A stretch of 64,000 nt of DNA from Chiloscyllium plagiosum (Eukaryota): positions 51,845,414-51,909,413 of the forward strand of contig NC_057721.1 in assembly GCF_004010195.1 (NCBI RefSeq). Reading direction: 5' to 3'. The notes under the pieces were generated by a model. It ran no database searches, was not told where the DNA came from, and saw only the letters and a list, made by a program, of their open reading frames with translations. This document shows, piece after piece, positions 38,161 to 49,292 of the stretch (positions are counted from its first letter, which is position 1; every line of letters starts with the position of its first letter). Both the position numbers and the translations under genes were made by a program.

Positions 38161-39499
38161 CAGAGATCAACATTCCATCAGTACTGAGCACATGCCATTT
38201 GCTGGAAATGACTAAAATAGGGAACATAAGAAACAAAGCAGTTTCTCCACTCTGAGAAGAACCAGTCATGGCATAGTCTGCAGATGTGAACAGCACACAC
38301 TCCTGCACACAGTGAGACATGCTATACCCCAATAACAAGGGCCTTGTCTCCATCATTCTTTCTGCTTTAGCCTCAGAATAAGCATCAACTTTAAAAAGGT
38401 AATGCACTAACTGAGTAACCAATATATTACATTGAAAGGCAAGTACTTTGATATTGTGTCAAAACTTTTCAGTTTATACTCATCGGGACATTTCACAAGA
38501 TTACTAATTAGAGGGAAGAACCAACATTAATATTTGTGAGAGGAGATTGTTTGACACATGGTCTCTGATTTATAGAGATGTTGCCATGGAGTATGAACCA
38601 ATTAATGACAATGAACTTGCTTTGTTTAAATTTTGAACCAGTCAAATTTAAACTTTAATCAAGTTATTGCCCTGAGAAATGAGCCAGTCAAAACTGTCAA
38701 CTCTGTGAGTTGAAACAGAGACGGTGAGTGTGCATGTTCTTTCTACAGGTAGTTAGTTCTCCCATAATGCCATGGTTGCGTTCCAGCGAAACCTTAAATA
38801 ATAGAAAATCACTTAATATAAATAATGGGACATATGGGGTTGGGACGGACCGGCAAACAAAAATGCTCACAATAGCTCAAAAATCACCCGAAAGTCTAAT
38901 ACAAAGTATGGCACATCCTTAATGACGATTTAATTCATATTTATCAATGAGATAAAAGTAAATTTAACACAGTACGTTTAAAAGTAGTGTTAATGCAGGG
39001 ACAGAGGGTTATCATGGTGCATAAGGTAAACTCCGTATTCCTGTTAAGCGAGCTATATTATACATTCTCTCCTTACGTTCAAAACTCTTTATAACAGCTA
39101 GCCTCTCTTCCAGTGTTCCAGCCTTTCTTTTGTGATCAGCATCTGCAATTTTATCACCAAGATGCTTCTTGCTAACATTCTTGTCACTATGCCCCTCAAT
39201 GATTTTATAGAAAGAGATAATCTAGGAGTAGTGTGCCTTTCACATGTGTACATTTCAATGTAACTCTCTCAGAAAGCTGCTCTGTCAGCAGCTGACATCA
39301 GTGCATGTGCAGGACAGCACAAAGATCAGCACTGACATTGAAGCATGCGCAAAATGAAGCACATGAAACGATCACCATTGGAATCACGCTATTGCAAACA
39401 GAGGTATGTATTCTCGAAAATACCGTCCCTTAATTCCTCAGTGAAGTTATAAGCAAATCACGCTGCCAGAATGCACATTAGATAAAGATGCCTATAGTC

Positions 39500-40140
39500 C
39501 TTTATTACTAAAGAGATTGAGTTTAAAAGCAGGCAAGTTATGCCGCAACTGCATAGCATGATGGTGAGGCCACATCTGGAGTACTGCACACAGTTTTGGT
39601 CTCCTTACTTGAGAAAGGATGTACTGGCACTAGAGAGGGTGCAGAGGAGGTTCACTAGATTGATTCCAGAGTTGAGAGGGTTGGCTTATGAGGAGAGACT
39701 GAGGAGACTGGGATTATATTCATTGGAATTTAGAAGAATGAGGGGGGAAATCTTATCAAAACATATCAAATTATGAAGGGAATAGATAAGATAGATGTAG
39801 AGAGGGTGTTTCCACTGGCAGATGAAACTGGGGCAAGAAGGCATAGCCTCAAAATTAAGTGGAGCAGATTTAGGACTGAATTGAGAAGGAACTTCTTCAC
39901 CCAAAGGGTAAGTGAATCTGTGGAATTCCCTGACTAGTGAAGTAGTTGAAACTATTTCAGTAAATTTTTCTAAAGCTAAGATAGTTTTTTTTAACAATAA
40001 AGGAATTAAGGGTTAGGGTGAAAGGGCAGATAAGTGGAGCTGAGGCCATGAAAAGACCAGCCATAATCTTATTGAATGGTGGAGCAAGTTTGAGAGGCCA
40101 GATGGCCTACTCCTGCTCCGAGTTCCTATGTTCTTACGTT
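39500..40140 (+). mobile_element. CR1 3' end
   Basis: VRPHLEYCTQFWSPYLRKDVLALERVQRRFTRLIP. Confidence 0.9.
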
Positions 40141-40445
40141 CACCCTCATGTTTCAGTATCTCTATAACATCTTGCAGCCTTGTAAAATTCCTTCCATCTT
40201 CCTCATTCCTCTGATACTGGCCTTTTGTTCATCTCCATCCCCCATTCCATTAGAAACAAATTTCTGGAATGTCTTAAATCCTTCTCTTTATTGATTGTCC
40301 ACTTATTCTTTCAGGCCTTTCTTAAAATCCTCAATTTAGACCAAACGTCTTGTCACTTCTTCTTTAGTTTGGCACTTGTTACCATTTGAAGTGGGTGTTT
40401 TGCATTTTTTTTGTTAAATGTTTGTTCTTATTGAATCATGAAGAA

Positions 40446-41887
40446 ATGTTGTGGTTCTGTTCGCCGAGCTGGAAGTTTTTGATGCAAACGTTTCGTCCCC
40501 TGGCTAGGCGACATCATCAGTGCTTGGGAGCCTCCTGCGAAGCGCTTCTTTGATGTTTGCTCCGGTGTTTATAGTGGTCTGTCCCTGCCGCTTCCGGTTG
40601 TCAGTTTCAGCTGTCCGCTGTAGTGGTTGGTATATTGGGTCCAGGTCGATGTGTTTGTTGATGGAGTTTGTGGATGAATGCCATGCCTCTAGGAATTCCC
40701 TGGCTGTTCTCTGTCTGGCTTGCCCTATGATAGTACTGTTGTGGCCCTTTTGAATAGTGTCCTGATGCAGCTTCGTTTGTGTGTGTTGGGGTGGTTACTC
40801 TATTCAAAAAGGCCACAACACACTGCAGTACACCAGAACTGCAAAAAGAAGAAGAGGAACACCTATACAAGGTATTCGCCAAAAACGGATACCCGCGCAA
40901 CTTCATCAACAGATGACTAAGAGAAAGACCACGGAACGAGGACATACCACAACCAAAAGGACTAGCCACACTACCATACAACAGGAGCATCTCGGAACTG
41001 ACAGCCAGACTACTGCGACCCCTAGGACTCATAACAGCACACAAACCAACAGCCACGCTCAGACAACAACTCACCAGAACGAAAGACCCGATACCCAACA
41101 TGAGCAANNNNNNNNNNNNNNNNNNNNNNNNNNNNGCTATTGTTTCTCTGGCTAAGGTTTTGTCAATCGAGGTGAACAGTGCCGTCACGTCGAATGATAT
41201 CATGGTTTCTTCTTTGTCTATGTGTATATTTCTGATGATGTCCAAGAATTCCTGTGTTGATTGTATAGAGTGTTTGGATCCGCTGACTAGGTGTTTCAGT
41301 TTCTGTTGTAGTTCTTTGGCCAGTTTGTATGATGGTGTCCCTGGCAGTGATACTATGGGTCTGAGTGGGATGTCTGGTACGAATGTAGTGTACAAAATAC
41401 CATGCAAGGATTGCACAAAACACTATATAGGACAAACAGGAAGACAGCTAACAATCCGCATACATGAACATCAACTAGCCACGAAACGACACGACCAGCT
41501 ATCCTTAGTAGCCACACACGCAGACAACAAGCAACATGAATTCGACTGGGACAACACTACTATCATAGGGCAAGCCAGACAGAGAACAGCCAGGGAATTC
41601 CTAGAGGCATGGCATTCATCCACAAACTCCATCAACAAACACATCGACCTGGACCCAATATACCAACCACTACAGCGGACAGCTGAAACTGACAACCGGA
41701 AGCGGCAGGGGCAGACCACTATAAACACCGGAGGAAACATCAAAAAAGCGCTTCGCAGGAGGCTCGCAGAAGCACTGATGATGTCGCCTAGCCAGGGGAC
41801 GAAACGTTTGCAACAAAAACTTCCAGCTCGGCGAACAGAACCACAACAACGAGCACCCGAGCTACAAATCTTCTCACAAACTTTGAA
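40446..41887 (+). mobile_element. Rearranged Penelope/Poseidon-type PLE with inverted pseudo-LTRs and a 15-bp TSD
   Basis: RT (PLRPIVS, SFDVTALFTSI) on -; GIY-YIG (NVVYKIPCKDCTKHYIGQTGRQLTIRIHEH) on +. TTGAATCATGAAGAA at 40431-40445 and 41883-41897. Confidence 0.9.
41772..41811 (+). ncRNA. Minimal hammerhead ribozyme motif (mirror copy at 40484-40523 on -)
   Basis: GCA CTGATGA T GTCGCCT-AGCC-AGGGGAC GAAA C GTT TGC. Confidence 0.72.
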
Positions 41888-43046
41888 TCATGAAGAATGC
41901 ACTGTAAAGTCCACTGGAAGTTATTTGTAAGGGATGAAAGTTTGTTCATTGTTGCAATAATGGATGTGCAACCCAGCCTTCTGAAAATTGATCTTAATTT
42001 TGTTCTCACTCGCTTTAAGAAATATGCATGTAAAAGAAAGGGATCTTGTTACCAACTATCATGTTTAAATCATTTTTTCTGTAGAATTTCCCTACAAATT
42101 AAATTGAAGATATCTCTCCATTCTTTCATCTGTCTGAACATATGGTTTCATTTTCATTGTATCTAGTTTAATTTTTTTTTGGTTTCGCTTCCTGTCCAAT
42201 TATTATATTTTACATTATAATAGCATCTGGCAGTAGATGTTGTTTGGCCTGTTTGTCTGGTATTGTGATCCAATATTACATGAGCTAAAATTGTAAGAAA
42301 ATCATGTTTAAAGAATCTGCCAAGGCACTAGCTGTAAATTTAATATGTAACGCTATACAAAGCACTACATTCTCTCCAATGGAAGTCAGATTGGAGGTCT
42401 CCTTTTATTTTCGACCCAACATCTGTCAATGCTGCTTCATTTTTCTCTTTCCTCTATATATACTTTGGGGACTTAATATTCAGTTTGGAGGTTGCTCAGG
42501 AGAGAATTAAGTAGTTTTGCTTCCCAGTTCATTTATCTCTTACTACGAATGTGATTCCTCATTAAAAATAGATTTAGACAGGAAGTGAACAATCAGAGAC
42601 AAGTCCAAGATGGAGATTCAGATACTGTGAGTTGGTGACTGGTCTCGAAGGCCTTGCACCTTTTATGAATTGCCAGGAGGATTGGGAGACCTACAGTTCC
42701 TTGACCCTTTCTCAATGTAATGCTTTGCCCAATCAGAAATTATTTGACAACTAATCAGCACCCTTCTCAGTTGTAATATAAACTGTTATGATTGTTTAAA
42801 GTTTGGCATCCTTACATTTGTCCTAATTAGCACAAGGTGAAAACAAGAGATGGCGACATTTAACACATGCTTCTCTACTGAGCAAAATTCAGATATATTT
42901 GTCATATAATTCAAACCTAATTTAGAATTATATAAATATCATAAGATGGAGGTAAGTAATGATGAAGACTTGGAAACCAAATATTAGCAAAAATAATTCT
43001 AACAATTATATTCATTTCATACAAACAAGCAAAAAAATCCATTCAG

Positions 43047-43163
43047 GCAGAAGTGGGTACTGCAGATGTTAGGGATTAGAGGAGTGATGAAGGGCTTTTG
43101 CCCGAAACGTTGATTTTCCTGCTCCTCAGATGCTGCCTGACCTGCTGTGTTTTTCCAATCTTG
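43047..43163. mobile_element. Deleted fold-back Neptune-type fragment with a 16-bp TSD
   Basis: aaaaaaa(t/c)ccattcag at 43031-43046 and 43164-43179. Contains TGATGAagggcttttgcccGAAAcgtt. Confidence 0.75.
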
Positions 43164-43624
43164 AAAAAAACCCATTCAGTCTGGTTCCTTGCAAAGATCC
43201 AAGAAATTACACCTCTTCCATTTCCTCTTCTTCAAATCACCCAACAACACTAGGTACAGTGACAACTTAAAGACCTGAAAGGCAAGAATGTTTACTTTGG
43301 CCTTCCATCCTTTTTAGGAGGGAATTGGGTTCAAATGTAGCACAGACATAAGAAGAAGGACTTTCTCAATCTCTCACTTGTGATGCTCATATTCAAAATG
43401 AATTTAGTAAATTCAGAATAAGTTAGTAATCTCAACACAGTTCCAGGAGTGTCCAACTCTGTGGCTAACAACTGTCTGTACTATGATCCAGAATACTAAA
43501 AGAAGCAATAAGAAATTGCATTTTTTTTAACATGGAGCATGCATATTACAAAACACAGGTGAGTTAATTGAATCAAATATTATAATATAATTTGATCTGT
43601 AACCATAAAATATTGATAGCTTAC

Positions 43625-43936
43625 CTATTCTTAGAATGTAGGTGAATACTTTCATTGCATCTTTGGTGCTGATTTCACAGGTATATTCTCCCTCATTATG
43701 TGGAGTTACATTTTGCAGTTCAAGGGATGAAAGTTTCTGAATGTTTGACATTCCAGATTGGGTCGTCAAACAATTTGTATGTACATTGCCATATTGCTGC
43801 GTTGACTCACAAATCTTTAACGAAGGAGATGTTTCTGTTTTTCTAAATCTCCATTTAATTATGACATTTTGATCATCATTGATGAAATCATCACAAGTAA
43901 TTACAATGGTTTCACTTTCGGTTCTGTTCAATCTGC
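43625..43936 (-). CDS. HHLA2: HHLA2-like IgV domain 2 exon
   Basis: gttttttaag| ... G|gtaagc. GRLNRTESETIVITC...IIKW...SLELQNVTPHNEGEYTCEIST...YILRI. 312 bp, phase 1-1. The V-C-V order is the HHLA2 hallmark. Confidence 0.88.
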
Positions 43937-44324
43937 CTTAAAAAACAAATATAATGTCGTTTTACATCTTACCATTTTGTATACTCCGAAAATTGAAGAA
44001 TTTGTTATGTAATGGTTATGAATAATTGTGCCATAACATTAGGGCAGCACTTTCCTGCACATAGCAGATGCAATTACAGTGATGCAAGAGTTGCAGTCTT
44101 GTATCTGCATACTGTAAAAAAAAACTCAAACAAGTGGTATAGCAAACAATTTACAAGTTAGAAGGGAAAAGGTAACAAGGAAATAGCACAGTTCCAGCAA
44201 CAGTAATTGGTTCCCTTAGTGATAAAGCCGGGAGCCTTCCATTAAAGGCTGCAACTCTTTCATCTCTGTGGTTCCAACAGAGAGTGGGCCAAGTTATATG
44301 GGCAACAGTTCCTAACATCTTTTT

Positions 44325-44700
44325 TTAAATGTATTCTTTCATGGGATCTGGGCAGCACTAACAAGGTCAGCATTTGTTGCCTATTCTTAATTGCACTTGA
44401 ACTGAGTGACTTGCTGTGTCATTTCAAAGTCAACCACATTGCTGTGCATCTGGAGTCAGTTAGGTAAGACCAGATAAGGATGCCAGATTTTCTTCCCTAT
44501 TGGGAACCATTTGATTATAGCAACAGCAAGTGATTATAGTTTCATTGTCTACATTCCTAAGAACTGGCTTTCAATTCCAGATTGATTGATTAAATTTAAA
44601 TTCCACCAACTACTATGGTGATATTTGAACCTGTGTCCCAGAACATTTACCTGGCCTCAGGATTATTAGGATCAATCACATCGTCACTGCACCACTGTCG
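44325..44700 (-). mobile_element. tRNA-derived SINE, second family
   Basis: Reverse complement of the 32075/36408 family. Confidence 0.65.
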
Positions 44701-46391
44701 CCTCAAGGTCACACCTTGTTGTAAAACATTCAGGAAACAAAGAAAGGAGGGATAAATTCTAAATGTGGCAAAATGGCTGATCTTACCAATGCAAAATACA
44801 CTACGTCTGACTCAAACAAAGATGATATGTTTGGCTTTTGACAATTTAGATGTTGTGTTGTTCGTTATGTATTGATATTGGAGCATGCTCAAATCACGTT
44901 AGGAAGTAAATTTACTGCTATGGGCCTTAAAGACTTCCAGGAACTTAAAGATACGCTAATCCTTTGAAAATGCATTAAAATGTTTGATAGCAATGTAGGG
45001 AATATGAGAGTCCTCTGTATCAATGTTCATAGTATTACGTCTTGCTGTAGGATGTGAATCCATTGGAGAATTGGAGGACATACCATTTATTTCTATATCT
45101 GCATGGTGTGGAGAGTATTACAGGAAGTGCTAAGACAACAATGACCAGAGGAAGTGAAGACATTACACAGGTATTCCAGCCACTTTATATTCTTTGACAC
45201 CTCAAGTTCAGGATGCAACTTAGACAAGGTAACAAAAGTTGAAGTATTAAAGTGCATAGCCCAGCTGTAGTATTTATGTACTACTTAAAAAGAACGACAC
45301 TACTAGTGTTACAACCCTAATAAAAATAGCAGAAAACACTGAAATGACACAGTAATTATTCAACATCTGTGAAGAGACTAGGCATTTTATGGCATTTTAA
45401 GTGTGACAAATGCTTTCACGCTCCAGTTGGACAATTTTAGTCTAGATCTCCTGTTGGAAAACTGATTGAATCAAGTATCAACCTTATTTTACATCTCATC
45501 AGTTCAATGGAGAGTATTGTTGGCTTGAATCTATGTCCAGATGATCTTATTGGTTTTCCATTGGGCAAGGAATGATAAAGTTGCTACCCGTATATTTAGC
45601 TTTGTTCCTATCTGACACGCAACTAGAATTGTTGATGAAGCACAAAGGGATGGGACTAAAGTCACGAACCATGGATCTCAGTTTCTTATTGTGTAACAGT
45701 CTGAAATTAAGTGTACAGATGGCGCAACGCAGAGGATGATTGGTCACGGTTAGTTAAGGTTTTTCCACTGTTATTCAATCCACCATTTCTCTGAAGTGAA
45801 AGGATTTGCATCTTGGATTGGTCTGCTTTTAAACTAAGGCTTTGTTAGTCCCACTCCCCTTTACCAGTAACTCAGTTGGTCATCCTTATCAGCCTTATGC
45901 TACCAGGAATCTGGATGTCAGCATGGCTAAGTAATTACAACTCTTTCTTCACACTGTATACTTTATAATAGTAAAATACAGAGTGTTGCTTCTCTCTTGA
46001 TCTCCTTCCCAGACTCTTGTCTTTGAAATAAAATTAAATACTTTAATGCCTTACTCTCCATTTAAAGTATCATTTTAACTTGATTTGAGCAAACTAAAAT
46101 CACTTTGTTACATCTCCATGAACTGACTTGGTATTCATGGACAACATAATGCAAAGAACAACAGGAAGGTTCTTCAAACTTTATCCCAGGCATATAGAAA
46201 GAAAAGTATAGCAGCATCTTCACTTATGGTGACAAAAAGAAAAGTATGAACCACAGAAAATAATGCAATTATAGGTGCTATTTAACCATCAACGTTTATC
46301 CAATTCAAATACTACCACAATTCTCTAATATTGTATCTGTGTGAAAAATAAAATTTGTGAGTATTTTTAAGGATTATTTAACAATTGTTAC

Positions 46392-46685
46392 CTTTCATTT
46401 TCCAGGTTGCAGTCCATGACTGCTGCAATCGTTCATTCGTGATATTACATTTGTAGGTTATGTCTGATGTTTGATTAATCTTCAACATGCTCTGAACACT
46501 GAAAAGACCATCTGGATCAGTAGCCACTTCCAAACTTGCATCTTGAGTTAAGTCATTCTCGTTATTATCTTGCCATGTTACTAACGGTTTTGGATAACCA
46601 CCCAATGAAGAACAGGCAATATAGGTTACATTGGTTGCATGGGATAGCATATTTGGGTTTTCTAATGTTACATTCTTCCAATGAG
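46392..46685 (-). CDS. HHLA2: HHLA2-like IgC domain exon
   Basis: tttcttttcag| ... G|gtaaca. AHWKNVTL...IACSSLGGYPKPLVTW...DGLFSVQSMLKI...YKCNITNERLQQSWTATWKMK. B7 IgC motifs, with an HHLA2-like QxWxxxW end. 294 bp, phase 1-1. Confidence 0.92.
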
Positions 46686-46989
46686 CTGAAAAGAAATAGT
46701 AATTATTTGATTCCATATTAATACAGCTTAATGTACATTTATTACCATTCATCATATATAGTAATGGGAGTGAAAATCTGGACAAATGTAAAATGCTCTG
46801 CTGATTCATTATCGCACACTATAAATTGTGTAAAAATACCCCCAGTTCTGTGAAAGTACTTCTGTAAAATAAATAATTGTATGCAAAATTGATATAAAGT
46901 ACTATATTAACTTGCAAAAACAAAATATCTTCCAAGTCATTTCATAAAGTGCAAGAACAACAGGCCTGTGAGCAACGTTAGAACTCATA

Positions 46990-48360
46990 GAATGGAAGAG
47001 CTAATGGAAACATGGATTTAAAATTGGCTGACTGACAGGAAACAAAGTTTAGTGGTGATCACTTGTTTTTAGACACAGGAAATATTTATAGTGGCGTTCC
47101 CCATAGATCAATGATAGGACCCCAGCTGCTCCTGATATGTGTTAATAAACCATGCCTTGACATGTAGGGCAAAACTTCAAAATTTGCAGATGATACAACA
47201 GTTGGAAATATTGTGATCTCTGAGGTGGGTAGTGTAGATGGGCTATTGGAATGGACAGATAAGTGACAGATGAAATTTATTACAGAGAAAGGTGAAGTGA
47301 TTCAGTTTGGGAGGAAGAGTGAAAAGAGACAGCATTAAATAAAAGGCACAATTTTAAAGAAGCAGAGGAATGGAGGTGAATCAAATAATTAAAGGTGACA
47401 GGAGAGATTGAGAGTATGGTTAATAATACATGCAGCACCCTGGGCTTTATCCATGGTGGCATTGAATAGAAAAGCAAACAAGGTTAATTTGAGATTTGTA
47501 TTAAATTTGTAGTCTCAATTGAAGTCCAGCTTGTTACATCATACTTAGGAAGGATGTAAGTCATTAAAATGTATAGAGAAAAATTCCCAGGAATGGAGGC
47601 AGGGATGAGGAAGTTAAGTTACATAGAAAAAAATGGAAACGTTAGCGCAGTTCCCTTGGGAGAAAAGAAGATGGAGAGGAAATTTGTTAGAGTTATTGAA
47701 ATCATGATGAGTCTTAACAGAATAGATACAGAGAATTTGTACCAGTTAGTAGAAGGATTGAGAATCAGAAGGCATAGATTTAAGGTAACTAGGGCAGCAC
47801 GGTGGCTCAGTGGTTAGCACTGCTGCCTCACAATACCAGGGATCCGGGTTCAATTCCCGCCTCAAGCAACTGTCTGTGTGGAGTTTGCACATTCTCCCAG
47901 GGTGGGTTTTCTCCGGGTGCTCCGGTTTCCTCCAAAAGTCCAAAGATGTGCAGGTTAGGTGAATTGGTCATGCTAAATTGTCCGTAGTGTTAGGTGCATT
48001 AGTCAGAGGGAAATGGGTCTGGGTGGGTTACTCTTCGAAGGGTCGGTGTGGACTCGTTGGGCCGAATGGCCTGTTTCCACACTGTAGGGAATCTAATCTA
48101 ATCTAATCTAACGAATAAACCAATAGTGATAAGAAGAAAATCTTTCTCACAAAGTGAATGATTAAGATATGAAATGCACTGTCTGAGGACGTGATGGAGT
48201 TTAGGTCAAATAAGGATTTCAAGCGTGAATTAGATCGTTATCTGAAGAGGAAAGTCTTTACAGGGCTATGGGAAGAAGGCAGGGAAGTGGCACAGGATGA
48301 GTTCTTCTTCACAGATCCAGCATGATACAATGGGTTGAATGGCCTTATTTTTGTGTAACT
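46990..48360 (+). mobile_element. Decayed CR1 RT region with a nested HE1-type SINE (47792-48111)
   Basis: SKFADDT remnant. The SINE has A box TGGCTCAGTGG, B box GGTTCAATTCC and an (AATCT)4 tail. Confidence 0.85.
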
Positions 48361-48750
48361 GTTGTATAACATTTATGGATAACAGAAACCAAGAGAAAAG
48401 AAGAGACTAATTAGGGGCATTGCAAAGTTTGCTTGCAGTGATGGATTTCAAGGAGGTTTTCAAAGAAAGATTGACAAGTGGTGAACCACAGGGTAGGGAG
48501 AGTAAATCTACCCGACATTTATTTTAATGTTTCTCATTATATTATGTACTGAAAGAATATGTAGTATTGCTAAATATAAGTAAATATGTTTTTAATACGT
48601 GTCTGGAAATCTTCAATTCTAAACAAAGTTTCATCACTCTGGAACAAGCCTGAGTCATCACTCTAGTTGAAACAATTTACCTTTAAAATTGTTTTGAAGT
48701 ATTGGGTTACCAAAGCTTAACAGTCAAATGTACTAATTACTGTGTGTAAA

Positions 48751-49057
48751 TTAGAATCCCTATAGTGTTTGGCTCATCAGGTTGGCACCAATCCTCTGAA
48801 GACCATCTCACCTAGACCCAGCCCCCTACCCTATTCCCATATTTCCCATGGCTAATATACCTAATCTACACATCCCTGGACACAACAAGGCAATTTACTA
48901 TGCCCAATCCACATAACTTGTATATTTGTGAACTGAGGGAGGAAATCCATGCAGACATGGGGAGAATTGTGCAAACTCCACACAGACAGTCACCTAGGGC
49001 TGTAATCAAACCCAGATTTCTGGTGCTGTGAGACTGCCCTGAGCCACCACATCGCCA
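48751..49057 (-). mobile_element. Older HE1-type SINE
   Basis: Reverse of the gactgtctgtgtggagtttgcac body and tail. Confidence 0.7.
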
Positions 49058-49074
49058 TGGTAAGAAATATAGGA

Positions 49075-49292
49075 GGAGAAAGTGAGGTCTGCTGATGCTG
49101 GAGATCAGAGCTGAAAATGTGTTGCTGGAAAAGCGCAGCAGGTCAGGCAGCATCCAGGGAACAGGAGAATCGACGTTTCGGGCATAAGCCCTTCTTCATT
49201 CCTGAAGAAGGGCTTATGCCCGAAACGTCGATTCTCCTGTTCCCTGGATGCTGCCTGACCTGCTGCGCTTTTCCAGCAACACATTTTCAGCT
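49075..49292. mobile_element. Young fold-back Neptune-type PLE fragment: perfect 90-bp inverted repeat, 14-bp TSD
   Basis: Arms 49109-49198 and 49203-49292 are exact reverse complements with loop TTCC. TAAGAAATATAGGA at 49061-49074 and 49292-49305. CTGAAGAagggcttatgcccGAAAcgtc at 49202-49229. Confidence 0.92.

Noticed and set aside
38440-38760. Additional hammerhead in an old PLE-like fragment (ccgatgagtataaactgaaaag on -)
   Set aside because: The core and stem II are too decayed to support the call.
43213-43274. HHLA2 TM exon reading VFKLSLYLVLLGDLKKRKWKR
   Set aside because: It needs phase 0, but the IgV2 donor is phase 1, and the hydrophobic run is too short.
47792-47870. tRNA gene (A and B boxes)
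   Set aside because: It is the head of an HE1-type SINE that continues into the SINE body and tail. The same applies to 11919 and 24741.
49109-49292. Classical DNA-transposon MITE or miRNA precursor
   Set aside because: The arms are asymmetric relative to the TSD, lengths vary among copies, and the sequence is contiguous with a PLE at 15365.
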